Shown here piece after piece: positions 14,956 through 22,913 of a stretch of DNA of 64,000 bases (positions within the stretch are counted from its first letter, which is position 1; each line of letters begins with the position of its first letter). A program made the translations under genes and the position numbers. Source of the DNA: Auanema rhodensis (lineage: Eukaryota > Animalia > Nematoda); assembly GCA_964057225.1 (NCBI GenBank), contig OZ059895.1:7006001-7070000 (forward strand). Reading direction: 5' to 3'. The notes below the pieces were generated by a model. That model did not search any database. It was not told where the DNA came from and worked only from the letters and a program-made list of their open reading frames with translations.

Positions 14956-15387
14956 TGTCTCGTATAAACGAGAGGACTGAAGAAATGTGACAAACAATGA
15001 AACAGATGTGCAGTTTTTTGGCAGATAAGATTAGACAAAGAAAGAGGCGGGCAGTATCAAAATTGGGAAGAAGGGGGATCTGATTTTCGACGAGGAAAGA
15101 GGACGGTTGCTGATATTTTGTGTTGTGTATTTTGAGCTAAATAAACCTTTGTTATTAAGTTCGACTTCTATATTGATATAACTATTTTCTGAAGCATTCT
15201 ATTACTCCTATTCACTGCCCTATTCATTACTATTGTGACTATTGGGATTCCACCTAACTACCACTGGTCTCAGTAATCACGGAATTGTTGGAGGAATACA
15301 AGGATCGACGTAAGTGACGTTGTTAGAATCTTTGTATACTGTTGTGGAGAACGGAAATAAGGATCGGAAACCTTATAAACCACGACA
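14956..15387 (+). repeat. 5' LTR (432 bp)
   Basis: Starts TGTCTCGTATAAACGAGAGG and ends CCTTATAAACCACGACA. Direct repeat of 22477-22908 with no difference seen by eye. Confidence 0.98.
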
Positions 15388-15389
15388 TT

Positions 15390-15407
15390 TGGTGCATCGG
15401 CCGGGAA
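15390..15407 (+). promoter_or_regulatory. Primer-binding site complementary to the 3' end of tRNA-Gly(GCC)
   Basis: TGGTGCATCGGCCGGGAA lies 2 nt after the 5' LTR. Its reverse complement TTCCCGGCCGATGCACCA matches the 3' end of metazoan tRNA-Gly(GCC) including CCA (recalled, not searched). Confidence 0.9.
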
Positions 15408-15481
15408 CCCAGAATCGGCTGGGGAAAGCTCTCATCATTTACGAGGTAGCTAAACTGAGAAATAGCACTCGATTGAAAAGA

Positions 15482-16840
15482 ATGAAGAGTATCCTGTCTA
15501 CAATTGACTACAGATGTCAATTGATAACCCAAAGGTTGCGGAAACATCTAAATGTGATGGATGATTTCTATGAGAAGCAACTGAAGCTTTGGGAAGATAG
15601 AGGAGACGATGTAGAGATTGAAATTTTCATGTTGAATTGTAAGGACTGGGCTGCTAATATGAAGGTGGACAGGATTACGGTAATATCGGAACAGTCAAGA
15701 GGAGAAGAAATACTACAGTCTATGGCTTTGGAATCTAAGGAAGAATGGGAAGTGGAATTCCAGGACAAAGGAGTATCCACAAGAATCAAGGATCTGCTTC
15801 AAAAAGCTCTAGAGTTTGAAGAGCAATGTGAATTATGGCAGAGAAATGGACAAGAAGTACTGAACCGGATGAAGAAAGTTAATTTGGAATATCACACGGA
15901 GTCATCACAATCCCTAGTTCAACATGAACTACGATTGATAACGGAAAAATATCATCAGCAACAGAAGGAGATGGAGAATCTGAAGCGAATGCTGCATCAG
16001 AATCACCAAGAACATGAGCCGATCAGATCTATGGAGAGAGAAAGACCGCTACACATAAAGGTACCAGAGTACCGGATCCCAACGTTTGATGGAACACCAG
16101 AATTGTTTGAAGCTTTCTGGGATCGATTCAACTATCTTATTCATGAAAACCGAGATATTGATCAAGGAACAAAGGCTCACTATCTGTATGAAGGACTAAG
16201 TGGGAGAGCTACTTTGACTATCTCGGGAATTAGCCCTACAGGAAGGAACTACGAGAGAATGCGAAGAGCACTTATAGACGAATATGGGTATTACAAGGAA
16301 GATGTAGCCCACGTGTTTCAGCAACTCGGACGTCTACGAAAAGCAGAACCAAGAGCGGATGAATGTGCAGAACTGCTTTCTACCGTTAAAGCTATTACTC
16401 GAAGACTAGAGGCGGCAGGATACGAACCGACGGCAGCATGGTTCTACCTGTCAGTAGCGGAAAAATTTCCCATCATGACCGTAAAAAGAATACTTCGGGA
16501 ACAAGATCCACAATGGAGCTTGGATGATATTTTCAGCATGATTGGCGTTGAGATACGAATCATGAGAATCGAGGAATCAAACAAAGCTGATAGAAGAGAA
16601 ACAAAGATATCAACATCACAACCCATGGTCGTCAGAAGGGACCAGAAAGAAGGATGTCCTCTATGTAAGCAGAACAACCACAACATTCTACAGTGCAATA
16701 AAGCTGGGATTGCGGAAAAGAGGAATTACGTGAGAGAAAGAAGACTGTGTTGGAACTGTTTAAAGAGTGGCCATAGAAGCTCGGACTGTACACAACCCAA
16801 GTGTCAGAATTGTGGTCGAGACCATAACATTGCATTGTGT
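15482..16840 (+). other. Gag region: coiled-coil N-terminus, DUF1759-like capsid, three zinc knuckles
   Basis: IPTFDGTPELFEAFWDRF at about 16076. CPLCKQNNHNILQC, CWNCLKSGHRSSDC and CQNCGRDHNIALC at 16655-16840 (CX2CX4HX4C twice, CX2CX3HX4C once), the triple-knuckle pattern of BEL/Pao Gag. Confidence 0.88.
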
Positions 16841-19800
16841 TATCCGGATCGGAAACCGGAAGTACGAGACAGAAAAGATGAAGCCAGAGAAACAGCTTCA
16901 GCTCCCAAACCATGGAAAGGCGGTCCACCTCCACCTAAGAGAGAGAACGAAGGATGGAAGCCGCCAGAAGCAGCATTTATGTTGAGGGATATGACGTTGA
17001 GTACTGGGGATCAACCCATAAAGGAAAATCAACGACTGGAACAAGAAGCCACAACATTAAAAACTGTACAAGCAAACATCTACAATTATGCTACAGAATC
17101 GTATCAACGAGTTAATATAATCATAGATGAAGGATCTACAATTTCTTTTATTAAAGAGGATTTAGCAAAGAAATTGGAAATGCCAGTGATGGCTTCAGCG
17201 CTTAAGACCTTCTGGGGCATTGGGGATAACCAATACACTCATGATACACAGGAAGTCAAAGCCATATTTGTCGACAATCAGCGAAATCTGGTGGTTATGG
17301 AGCTCACAACTAACCCCACCATTATCACACGATTGAAAGCACCTTGGCTAGACAACAAGGATAAAGAGTTTCTACACAAAGAGTCAATCAAGATAGGAAC
17401 TAAGCTGTTGAATGGAGAACTATTTGAACCGGATATATTAATCGGAGCTGACAAGAGCAGGGCAATTTTAATGATGAACTCCGAGAGAGATCTGCCATCA
17501 CAGCTAAGGATTCAGAATACTATATTCGGGCACACCATATACGGTAACCGGAAACCTCCAGTGCAGGTGGAGACAACACTGATACAGACGGAAGATCCCA
17601 GACAAATGATGAAACATTTGTTTGAAGTGGATAGTTTAGGAATAACCACGGAAACAGCACATGAGAATACTGAGATAGACTACTTTGAAGCTTATAGCAA
17701 AATGATCAAGCAAAACGAACAGAATCGGATCGTAGCACCTTTACCCTGGAAGGACAACCGTGATAAGTTGCCCAATAACCGATCCATGGCATATTTTCGA
17801 CTGAAAGGTTTACTGAAAGCATTAGAAACTAATGCTGAAAAGGAGATTCAGTATAACACTCTATTTGCTAACTATCTAAAAGAAGGAATTATCGAGTATG
17901 TGGAAGAGCCAGACAAGAATCTACACCATCATTACTTGCCTCACCATGGTGTATGGAACGCTAACAAACCACAAAAACCGTTGAGGATTGTCTTTGATGC
18001 TTCATCGAAACGCAGAGGATGTTTAAGCTTGAATGATGTGTTGCAAACCGGCGAATCATTTGTAAGAAAAATACATGAAGTGTTAATAATGATTCGAACC
18101 CATCCCATTATAATAACTGCGGACATAAAATCTGCCTTTTTACAGATAGAACTATCTGAAAAAGATAGAGATTACTGTAGATTTTTTTGGAAACATTGGA
18201 AAATACCATCAAAGATAGTAACATACCGATTTCGGCGTTTACCATTTGGACTCACAGCTGCACCAAGCATTCTCAACATGTGTCTCATATGGCATTTAAA
18301 AAGAAACAAAGACAACCCTTTGTTAGCTATGGAGATAACAAAAACATTGTACGCGGATAATCTCACATTGTTTGCGAAAAGTGAAGAAGAAGCGAAAGTA
18401 AGATGTCGAACTGTAATCCAGATGTTCGAGGAAGTATGTATCCCATTAAGGGAATTCACTTGTAATAGAAAAGGGGTGTTGGATATTTTGAAGCCAGAAC
18501 AAGTCACCATGGACGAAGAAATAAAGATATTCGGGGTACCATTTCATCAAGGAAACGACCTTTTATTCTTTAAGTCAGATAAATGGAAATGGTCAAAACT
18601 TACAAAAAGAAGCACATTAGGTCACCTACACACCCTGTATGACCCGATAGGTCTTATAGCTCCGGCACTACTACCTTTAAAACTTCTACACAGGGTAATT
18701 GGAGAAAAGTGTCAGAGCTGGGATGATGAACTTCCTCCAGAGATCAGTAGAGAGTGGCGGCAGATGCTACAACAGTTTGAGGAGGTTAGAATACCCATTA
18801 AGCGAAACCTCGAAGGATTACCAGAGGAATTATGGATATGCGTAGACGCTAGCTCTTATGCGTTGGCAGCCTGTGCTTATTTGAAACATAAGCAGGCACA
18901 TTCGCCGATTCTCGCCGGCAGGACGAAGATAGGACCGAAGAAAGCGATAACCATTCCAAGAATGGAATTAATAGCGTTGAGATTAGGAATGAGACTTTTG
19001 AAGTCCATCATCAACTCTATAAAAATCCAAAAGGTGAACATAGCAACAGACAGCATGATTGTTCTAAATTGGATTTATGGAAGAAAACAACTTCCGAGAT
19101 TCATGGAATCTCAACGACGTGAGATATGGACCATCTGTCAGGAAGTAAATCAGAAAGATATTCCCATATCGTTTTGGCATGTAGCCACCGAAGCTAACCC
19201 GGCAGATATAGGATCTAGGGGTTGCTATTTACCCCAACTAAAAGAAAGTGATTGGATTCACGGCCCAAATTGGATCGAAAATCTAAAAGAAAGAACAAGG
19301 TTGCTCAAATGCTGGGGACCTTTTATAGTAATCACACAGGAGGACACTATAAAGAATGAGCACATAGAAAAATGCATGGTACAGACGGAAAAGGAAGCAC
19401 AGGAGTGTAACGTCTCAAGTGACAATACACAGACACACACACAGGAAGATGAAGAGTTCTGGTTTCGGAAAGAGACGTTAGTAGAAAATATGAAATTGAT
19501 AGGATATATCATGAAGCTTATAAAAAAATGGAGAAGAATAGATCCAAATCAATCCGGACAGAGATCAACAACCTTGCAAAAGTTGTCTAACTGTAATAAA
19601 CCTACCGCCGAAGACCAAGAACTCATAAGGAAATTATATTTAAGACAAGCCCAAAAAGATCTTGTGCTAGAGGACGTTCAGAAACGATACCCTCAGTCAC
19701 AAATTGTGGAAGATGAAGAAGGTATAATACGAGTACGGACCAGATTGAATAACTCGAATTTACCTGAAGAAACAAAAAATCCAGCATTTTTACCACGTAA

Positions 19801-22246
19801 GGCAAGATTAACTAAAGAATTAGTTGTTCAATCACACGTGAGATCCGGCCATCAAGGGCGGCAATTTGTCTTGTCGGAATTAAGACAAAGGTATTTCATT
19901 GAGAGACCATCGGTATTGATTCGGCAATTATTGAAGAGGTGCTCGACTTGCAACAGAATGCAGAGCCGACCCTTTGGGTTACCCCATATGCCAGCTTTAC
20001 CAGCAGACAGAGTGGTACTAACAAGACCATTCAGAAACACAGGATGCGACCTAATGGGGCCTCTACACACAACAGACGCAGGAAAGGTATGGACCTGCCT
20101 GTTCACATGCCTCACGACAAGAGCCGTACATTTGGAAATCGTTGGAAGCCAGTCAGCTCAAACATTTCTGAACGCCTTTATACGGTTTGTGGCTCGAAGA
20201 GGACTTCCAAGAACAGTGAGGTCTGACTGCGCGGGAAACTTTATTTTGGGTAGTAAAATATTGGAAATGTTCCAAGTTCATGAAGAACTTCGCAATATGC
20301 CTCAGCTGCTACATGAAGAGTTCCGAGAAGAAGGAATCAATTGGATATACAATACCCCCCTTTCACCATGGAAAGGTGGAGTATGGGAACGATTAATAGG
20401 ACTTGTAAAAGCTTCCTTAAATAAAACATTTAAAGGAAGACCAAGAAAATTTGATGATCTGCATACTCAACTATTGAAAATTGAGATTATGCTGAATTGT
20501 CGTCCATTAACGCATCCGGATCCGGATCAATTGGACAAACCTCCAATTCGACCGGTGGACTTTATTTGTCCCGGAATGAGCTTCGATATATTCAAAACAG
20601 TTCCCGTGAGGATATACGAACAAACTGCTCAAATACCGGTAATTAGAACCACAGAACAAATAATAGAAACAATACAGGAACTGAATGTGACAACTGATGG
20701 ATTTTGGGAGAGGTTCTACTCCGAATACTTAGTTTACATTCGAGATATCCATAAAATAGCTAAACGACAGGGAGGACGTAATCATAGAATGCCACAAGTA
20801 GGAGAGGTAGTGATCGTCAAGAATGATCCGTATGCTAGAGCTTACTGGAAAATGGCAGTGATATTAGAATTAATCACAAGCTCAGATGGAAAAATACGTT
20901 CGGCAAGAGTTCGAACAGCAGCAGGGACAATGCTAACTCGTTCTTTAGACCAACTTTTCCCTATGGAAATAAGGTCTGCTGTAATTAATGAAATGACAGC
21001 TAATGAATATATTCAATTTCGGAATAAGGACGCGCAATCAAATAATACTGAAACGGGGGCGGAAGAAAGCGAAGATGATTGGATCATAGGACCAAGTCAA
21101 TCATCATGTTACAGAGCATCAAGCAAATGGTTTTCATGTTGGCCACCATTAGGCAAAGCGTGCATAATGTATAGGTTACAACATAAACCAATAACAGAAA
21201 TAACATATGCAGTAAACATTTGCGAAGATTGGATTACGGTAGTCCATTTGAATATCAAGAAAAATTTGTTCGGGAATAATTATGAACGGAGCATAAAATT
21301 AAAACCATACAGTACCCTTATATCGGAAATTGGGAACATCACAATTATCAAGCAGGAAAAGCCAAACGCCAAGTTTCTTCATAGGAAGTTTTTTATATCA
21401 GAAAATCAGACTTACTTAACAGAAAGGCATTTTGAACCCATGGTAAAATGTGACTCTAAGGAAAGAGCACAAAAACATTTTACAACATGCGATATACAGT
21501 GGGTATGTCCATGTATCAAAGAATACGAAGAGAAAATCTTATGTGACTGTCCAGAGTCAGATTTCGCCAAAGAGGCATGGAAGTTGACCCCACAGTTGAT
21601 AAACATCAACGAGAGAGAAGAAACTATCGAAATATCATCGATAGAGGATGAATCCACTATACATATTGAATCTCTGAACTTCATCCAGAGCAATATATAC
21701 ACACAAGACATATCATGTCATATTAACTTCCTTGGCGCCCAGGGATGCTATGCATGTGAAACAGGAGCGGTACTAAGTTTTGAATGTATCGCAGAAGAGG
21801 AAACATGGATTCCGTTGGATTGCCAACATGAAGTAATTATGGTTAAGTGTTCGCCACAGTTCACTAACACCACAGTAACCATAAGAAGAAACTACCCCAT
21901 GATTAGAGAGGAGTGTAGGATGGAGTGTGGAGGCCGGGAGACAAGCATAAACATTATAGGAGTTTTAAGGTACGACGGCAGAAGGAAAGGCAGACTGCCT
22001 AATAAGATTGGAGCCGATGAAGTACCGAGCTACTCACCCTTGTGGGATGTAATGAGACAGCGATGGATTATATCACTGGGAATCTTAGGAATTGCTGTAA
22101 TTTCTACGGCCGCATGTTATCTGCTAGCACCCATGTTAATGGTGCAAGCAACAATGTCTATGGTAGCAATGATGGTGAAACTGAAGAAGACATGGGATAG
22201 CTGTTGGGCAAGAGCGAGCCAAGGAATACAAACGACTCAATTTTGA
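15482..22246 (+). CDS. Gag-Pol-Env(-like) polyprotein of a BEL/Pao element; about 2254 aa from the first in-frame ATG (frame is open from 15314)
   Basis: No stop or frameshift over 6.9 kb. The ORF track starts at a GTG inside the LTR (15314); the first in-frame ATG is 15482, so the true start is uncertain. Confidence 0.93.
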   Translation: MKSILSTIDYRCQLITQRLRKHLNVMDDFYEKQLKLWEDRGDDVEIEIFMLNCKDWAANMKVDRITVISEQSRGEEILQSMALESKEEWEVEFQDKGVSTRIKDLLQKALEFEEQCELWQRNGQEVLNRMKKVNLEYHTESSQSLVQHELRLITEKYHQQQKEMENLKRMLHQNHQEHEPIRSMERERPLHIKVPEYRIPTFDGTPELFEAFWDRFNYLIHENRDIDQGTKAHYLYEGLSGRATLTISGISPTGRNYERMRRALIDEYGYYKEDVAHVFQQLGRLRKAEPRADECAELLSTVKAITRRLEAAGYEPTAAWFYLSVAEKFPIMTVKRILREQDPQWSLDDIFSMIGVEIRIMRIEESNKADRRETKISTSQPMVVRRDQKEGCPLCKQNNHNILQCNKAGIAEKRNYVRERRLCWNCLKSGHRSSDCTQPKCQNCGRDHNIALCYPDRKPEVRDRKDEARETASAPKPWKGGPPPPKRENEGWKPPEAAFMLRDMTLSTGDQPIKENQRLEQEATTLKTVQANIYNYATESYQRVNIIIDEGSTISFIKEDLAKKLEMPVMASALKTFWGIGDNQYTHDTQEVKAIFVDNQRNLVVMELTTNPTIITRLKAPWLDNKDKEFLHKESIKIGTKLLNGELFEPDILIGADKSRAILMMNSERDLPSQLRIQNTIFGHTIYGNRKPPVQVETTLIQTEDPRQMMKHLFEVDSLGITTETAHENTEIDYFEAYSKMIKQNEQNRIVAPLPWKDNRDKLPNNRSMAYFRLKGLLKALETNAEKEIQYNTLFANYLKEGIIEYVEEPDKNLHHHYLPHHGVWNANKPQKPLRIVFDASSKRRGCLSLNDVLQTGESFVRKIHEVLIMIRTHPIIITADIKSAFLQIELSEKDRDYCRFFWKHWKIPSKIVTYRFRRLPFGLTAAPSILNMCLIWHLKRNKDNPLLAMEITKTLYADNLTLFAKSEEEAKVRCRTVIQMFEEVCIPLREFTCNRKGVLDILKPEQVTMDEEIKIFGVPFHQGNDLLFFKSDKWKWSKLTKRSTLGHLHTLYDPIGLIAPALLPLKLLHRVIGEKCQSWDDELPPEISREWRQMLQQFEEVRIPIKRNLEGLPEELWICVDASSYALAACAYLKHKQAHSPILAGRTKIGPKKAITIPRMELIALRLGMRLLKSIINSIKIQKVNIATDSMIVLNWIYGRKQLPRFMESQRREIWTICQEVNQKDIPISFWHVATEANPADIGSRGCYLPQLKESDWIHGPNWIENLKERTRLLKCWGPFIVITQEDTIKNEHIEKCMVQTEKEAQECNVSSDNTQTHTQEDEEFWFRKETLVENMKLIGYIMKLIKKWRRIDPNQSGQRSTTLQKLSNCNKPTAEDQELIRKLYLRQAQKDLVLEDVQKRYPQSQIVEDEEGIIRVRTRLNNSNLPEETKNPAFLPRKARLTKELVVQSHVRSGHQGRQFVLSELRQRYFIERPSVLIRQLLKRCSTCNRMQSRPFGLPHMPALPADRVVLTRPFRNTGCDLMGPLHTTDAGKVWTCLFTCLTTRAVHLEIVGSQSAQTFLNAFIRFVARRGLPRTVRSDCAGNFILGSKILEMFQVHEELRNMPQLLHEEFREEGINWIYNTPLSPWKGGVWERLIGLVKASLNKTFKGRPRKFDDLHTQLLKIEIMLNCRPLTHPDPDQLDKPPIRPVDFICPGMSFDIFKTVPVRIYEQTAQIPVIRTTEQIIETIQELNVTTDGFWERFYSEYLVYIRDIHKIAKRQGGRNHRMPQVGEVVIVKNDPYARAYWKMAVILELITSSDGKIRSARVRTAAGTMLTRSLDQLFPMEIRSAVINEMTANEYIQFRNKDAQSNNTETGAEESEDDWIIGPSQSSCYRASSKWFSCWPPLGKACIMYRLQHKPITEITYAVNICEDWITVVHLNIKKNLFGNNYERSIKLKPYSTLISEIGNITIIKQEKPNAKFLHRKFFISENQTYLTERHFEPMVKCDSKERAQKHFTTCDIQWVCPCIKEYEEKILCDCPESDFAKEAWKLTPQLININEREETIEISSIEDESTIHIESLNFIQSNIYTQDISCHINFLGAQGCYACETGAVLSFECIAEEETWIPLDCQHEVIMVKCSPQFTNTTVTIRRNYPMIREECRMECGGRETSINIIGVLRYDGRRKGRLPNKIGADEVPSYSPLWDVMRQRWIISLGILGIAVISTAACYLLAPMLMVQATMSMVAMMVKLKKTWDSCWARASQGIQTTQF
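17060..17550 (+). other. Aspartic protease domain (Pao-type); boundaries approximate
   Basis: IIIDEGSTISFI with catalytic Asp codon at 17126, and downstream PDILIGAD motif at about 17428-17451. Confidence 0.82.
17900..18560 (+). other. Reverse transcriptase core; boundaries approximate
   Basis: YLPHHGV, LRIVFDAS, ADIKSAFLQI, RLPFGLTAAP, YADN (18350-18361), KIFGV. Confidence 0.92.
18830..19275 (+). other. RNase H domain; boundaries approximate
   Basis: ICVDAS, TIPRMEL, ATDS, NPADIGSRG and WIHGP supply the D-E-D-D catalytic set. Confidence 0.88.
19830..20968 (+). other. Integrase: HHCC zinc finger, DDE core, C-terminal domain
   Basis: HVRSGH...CSTC; GCDLMGP, RSDCAGNF, GGVWERLIG; C-terminal FWERFYSEYL...YWKMAVI...DGKIRSA...LFPME typical of BEL/Pao integrases. 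Confidence 0.92.
21080..22243 (+). other. Env-like domain resembling the C-terminal part of phlebovirus Gc (G2), with TM anchor and short basic tail
   Basis: Cys-rich region with CIMYR...ICEDW, CPC, CDCP, GCYACETGA (21743), C..ECGG...IIGVL. Hydrophobic stretch WIISLGILGIAVISTAACYLLAPMLMV (22064-22177) is followed by KLKK. This pattern matches the G2-like env of nematode BEL elements as recalled, not searched. Confidence 0.75.
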
Positions 22247-22476
22247 GATGACTACACACCAAACAGTGGAATTTTGATACCTTTTGAATTTTTATTTCTT
22301 TATGATTAATGTTTATTGTAACTTTGATTAATTCACGATAGTATGGGATTTATGTTATTTGGGTTTCAATTGGGATATGTTATTGGTAGGATGTACGATT
22401 GTAAAATTTTTTTATCTAATCTATATGTTACTCATTTTGATCTAGCAACTCTCCTACACAACCTAGTCGCGGCCAG

Positions 22477-22908
22477 TGTCTCGTATAAACGAGAGGACTG
22501 AAGAAATGTGACAAACAATGAAACAGATGTGCAGTTTTTTGGCAGATAAGATTAGACAAAGAAAGAGGCGGGCAGTATCAAAATTGGGAAGAAGGGGGAT
22601 CTGATTTTCGACGAGGAAAGAGGACGGTTGCTGATATTTTGTGTTGTGTATTTTGAGCTAAATAAACCTTTGTTATTAAGTTCGACTTCTATATTGATAT
22701 AACTATTTTCTGAAGCATTCTATTACTCCTATTCACTGCCCTATTCATTACTATTGTGACTATTGGGATTCCACCTAACTACCACTGGTCTCAGTAATCA
22801 CGGAATTGTTGGAGGAATACAAGGATCGACGTAAGTGACGTTGTTAGAATCTTTGTATACTGTTGTGGAGAACGGAAATAAGGATCGGAAACCTTATAAA
22901 CCACGACA
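22477..22908 (+). repeat. 3' LTR (432 bp)
   Basis: Same sequence as 14956-15387 (offset 7521), followed directly by the TSD and satellite. Confidence 0.98.
22661..22666 (+). promoter_or_regulatory. Candidate polyadenylation signal AATAAA in the 3' LTR (copy at 15140-15145)
   Basis: AATAAA followed by T-rich sequence in mid-LTR; position is plausible but untested. Confidence 0.5.
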
Positions 22909-22913
22909 CTCTT
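22909..22913 (+). other. Right target-site duplication CTCTT
   Basis: Junction reads ...CCACGACA|CTCTT|GACCCAAAATG, and the satellite resumes. Confidence 0.95.

Larger units (their letters stand above)
14956..22908 (+). mobile_element. Full-length BEL/Pao (Belpaoviridae) LTR retrotransposon, 7953 bp, with env-like C-terminal extension
   Basis: Two 432-bp direct LTRs (TGTC...GACA), 5-bp TSD, PBS, and a single polyprotein. The polyprotein has three Gag CCHC knuckles and the domain order PR-RT-RH-IN. Motifs typical of BEL/Pao are present: YLPHH, RIVFDAS, YADN, YDPIG, TIPRMEL, NPAD, GGVWERL. Confidence 0.97.

Noticed and set aside
14944-14959. Target flanked by TGTC...GAC, resembling the LTR termini
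   Set aside because: A 3-4 bp similarity is expected by chance, and the canonical TSD indicates ordinary integrase-mediated insertion.
14997-15083. Basic 28-aa ORF in the LTR (MKQMCSFLADKIRQRKRRAVSKLGRRGI)
   Set aside because: Too short, and explained by the purine-rich U3 composition.
15314-15481. GTG start at 15314 given by the ORF track
   Set aside because: It lies inside the LTR upstream of the PBS, and GTG is not a standard eukaryotic start. The first ATG at 15482 is preferred.
15323-21711. Short antisense and alternate-frame ORFs in the ORF track (60-112 aa)
   Set aside because: They overlap the polyprotein, have no recognisable motifs, and are expected shadows of a long coding sequence.
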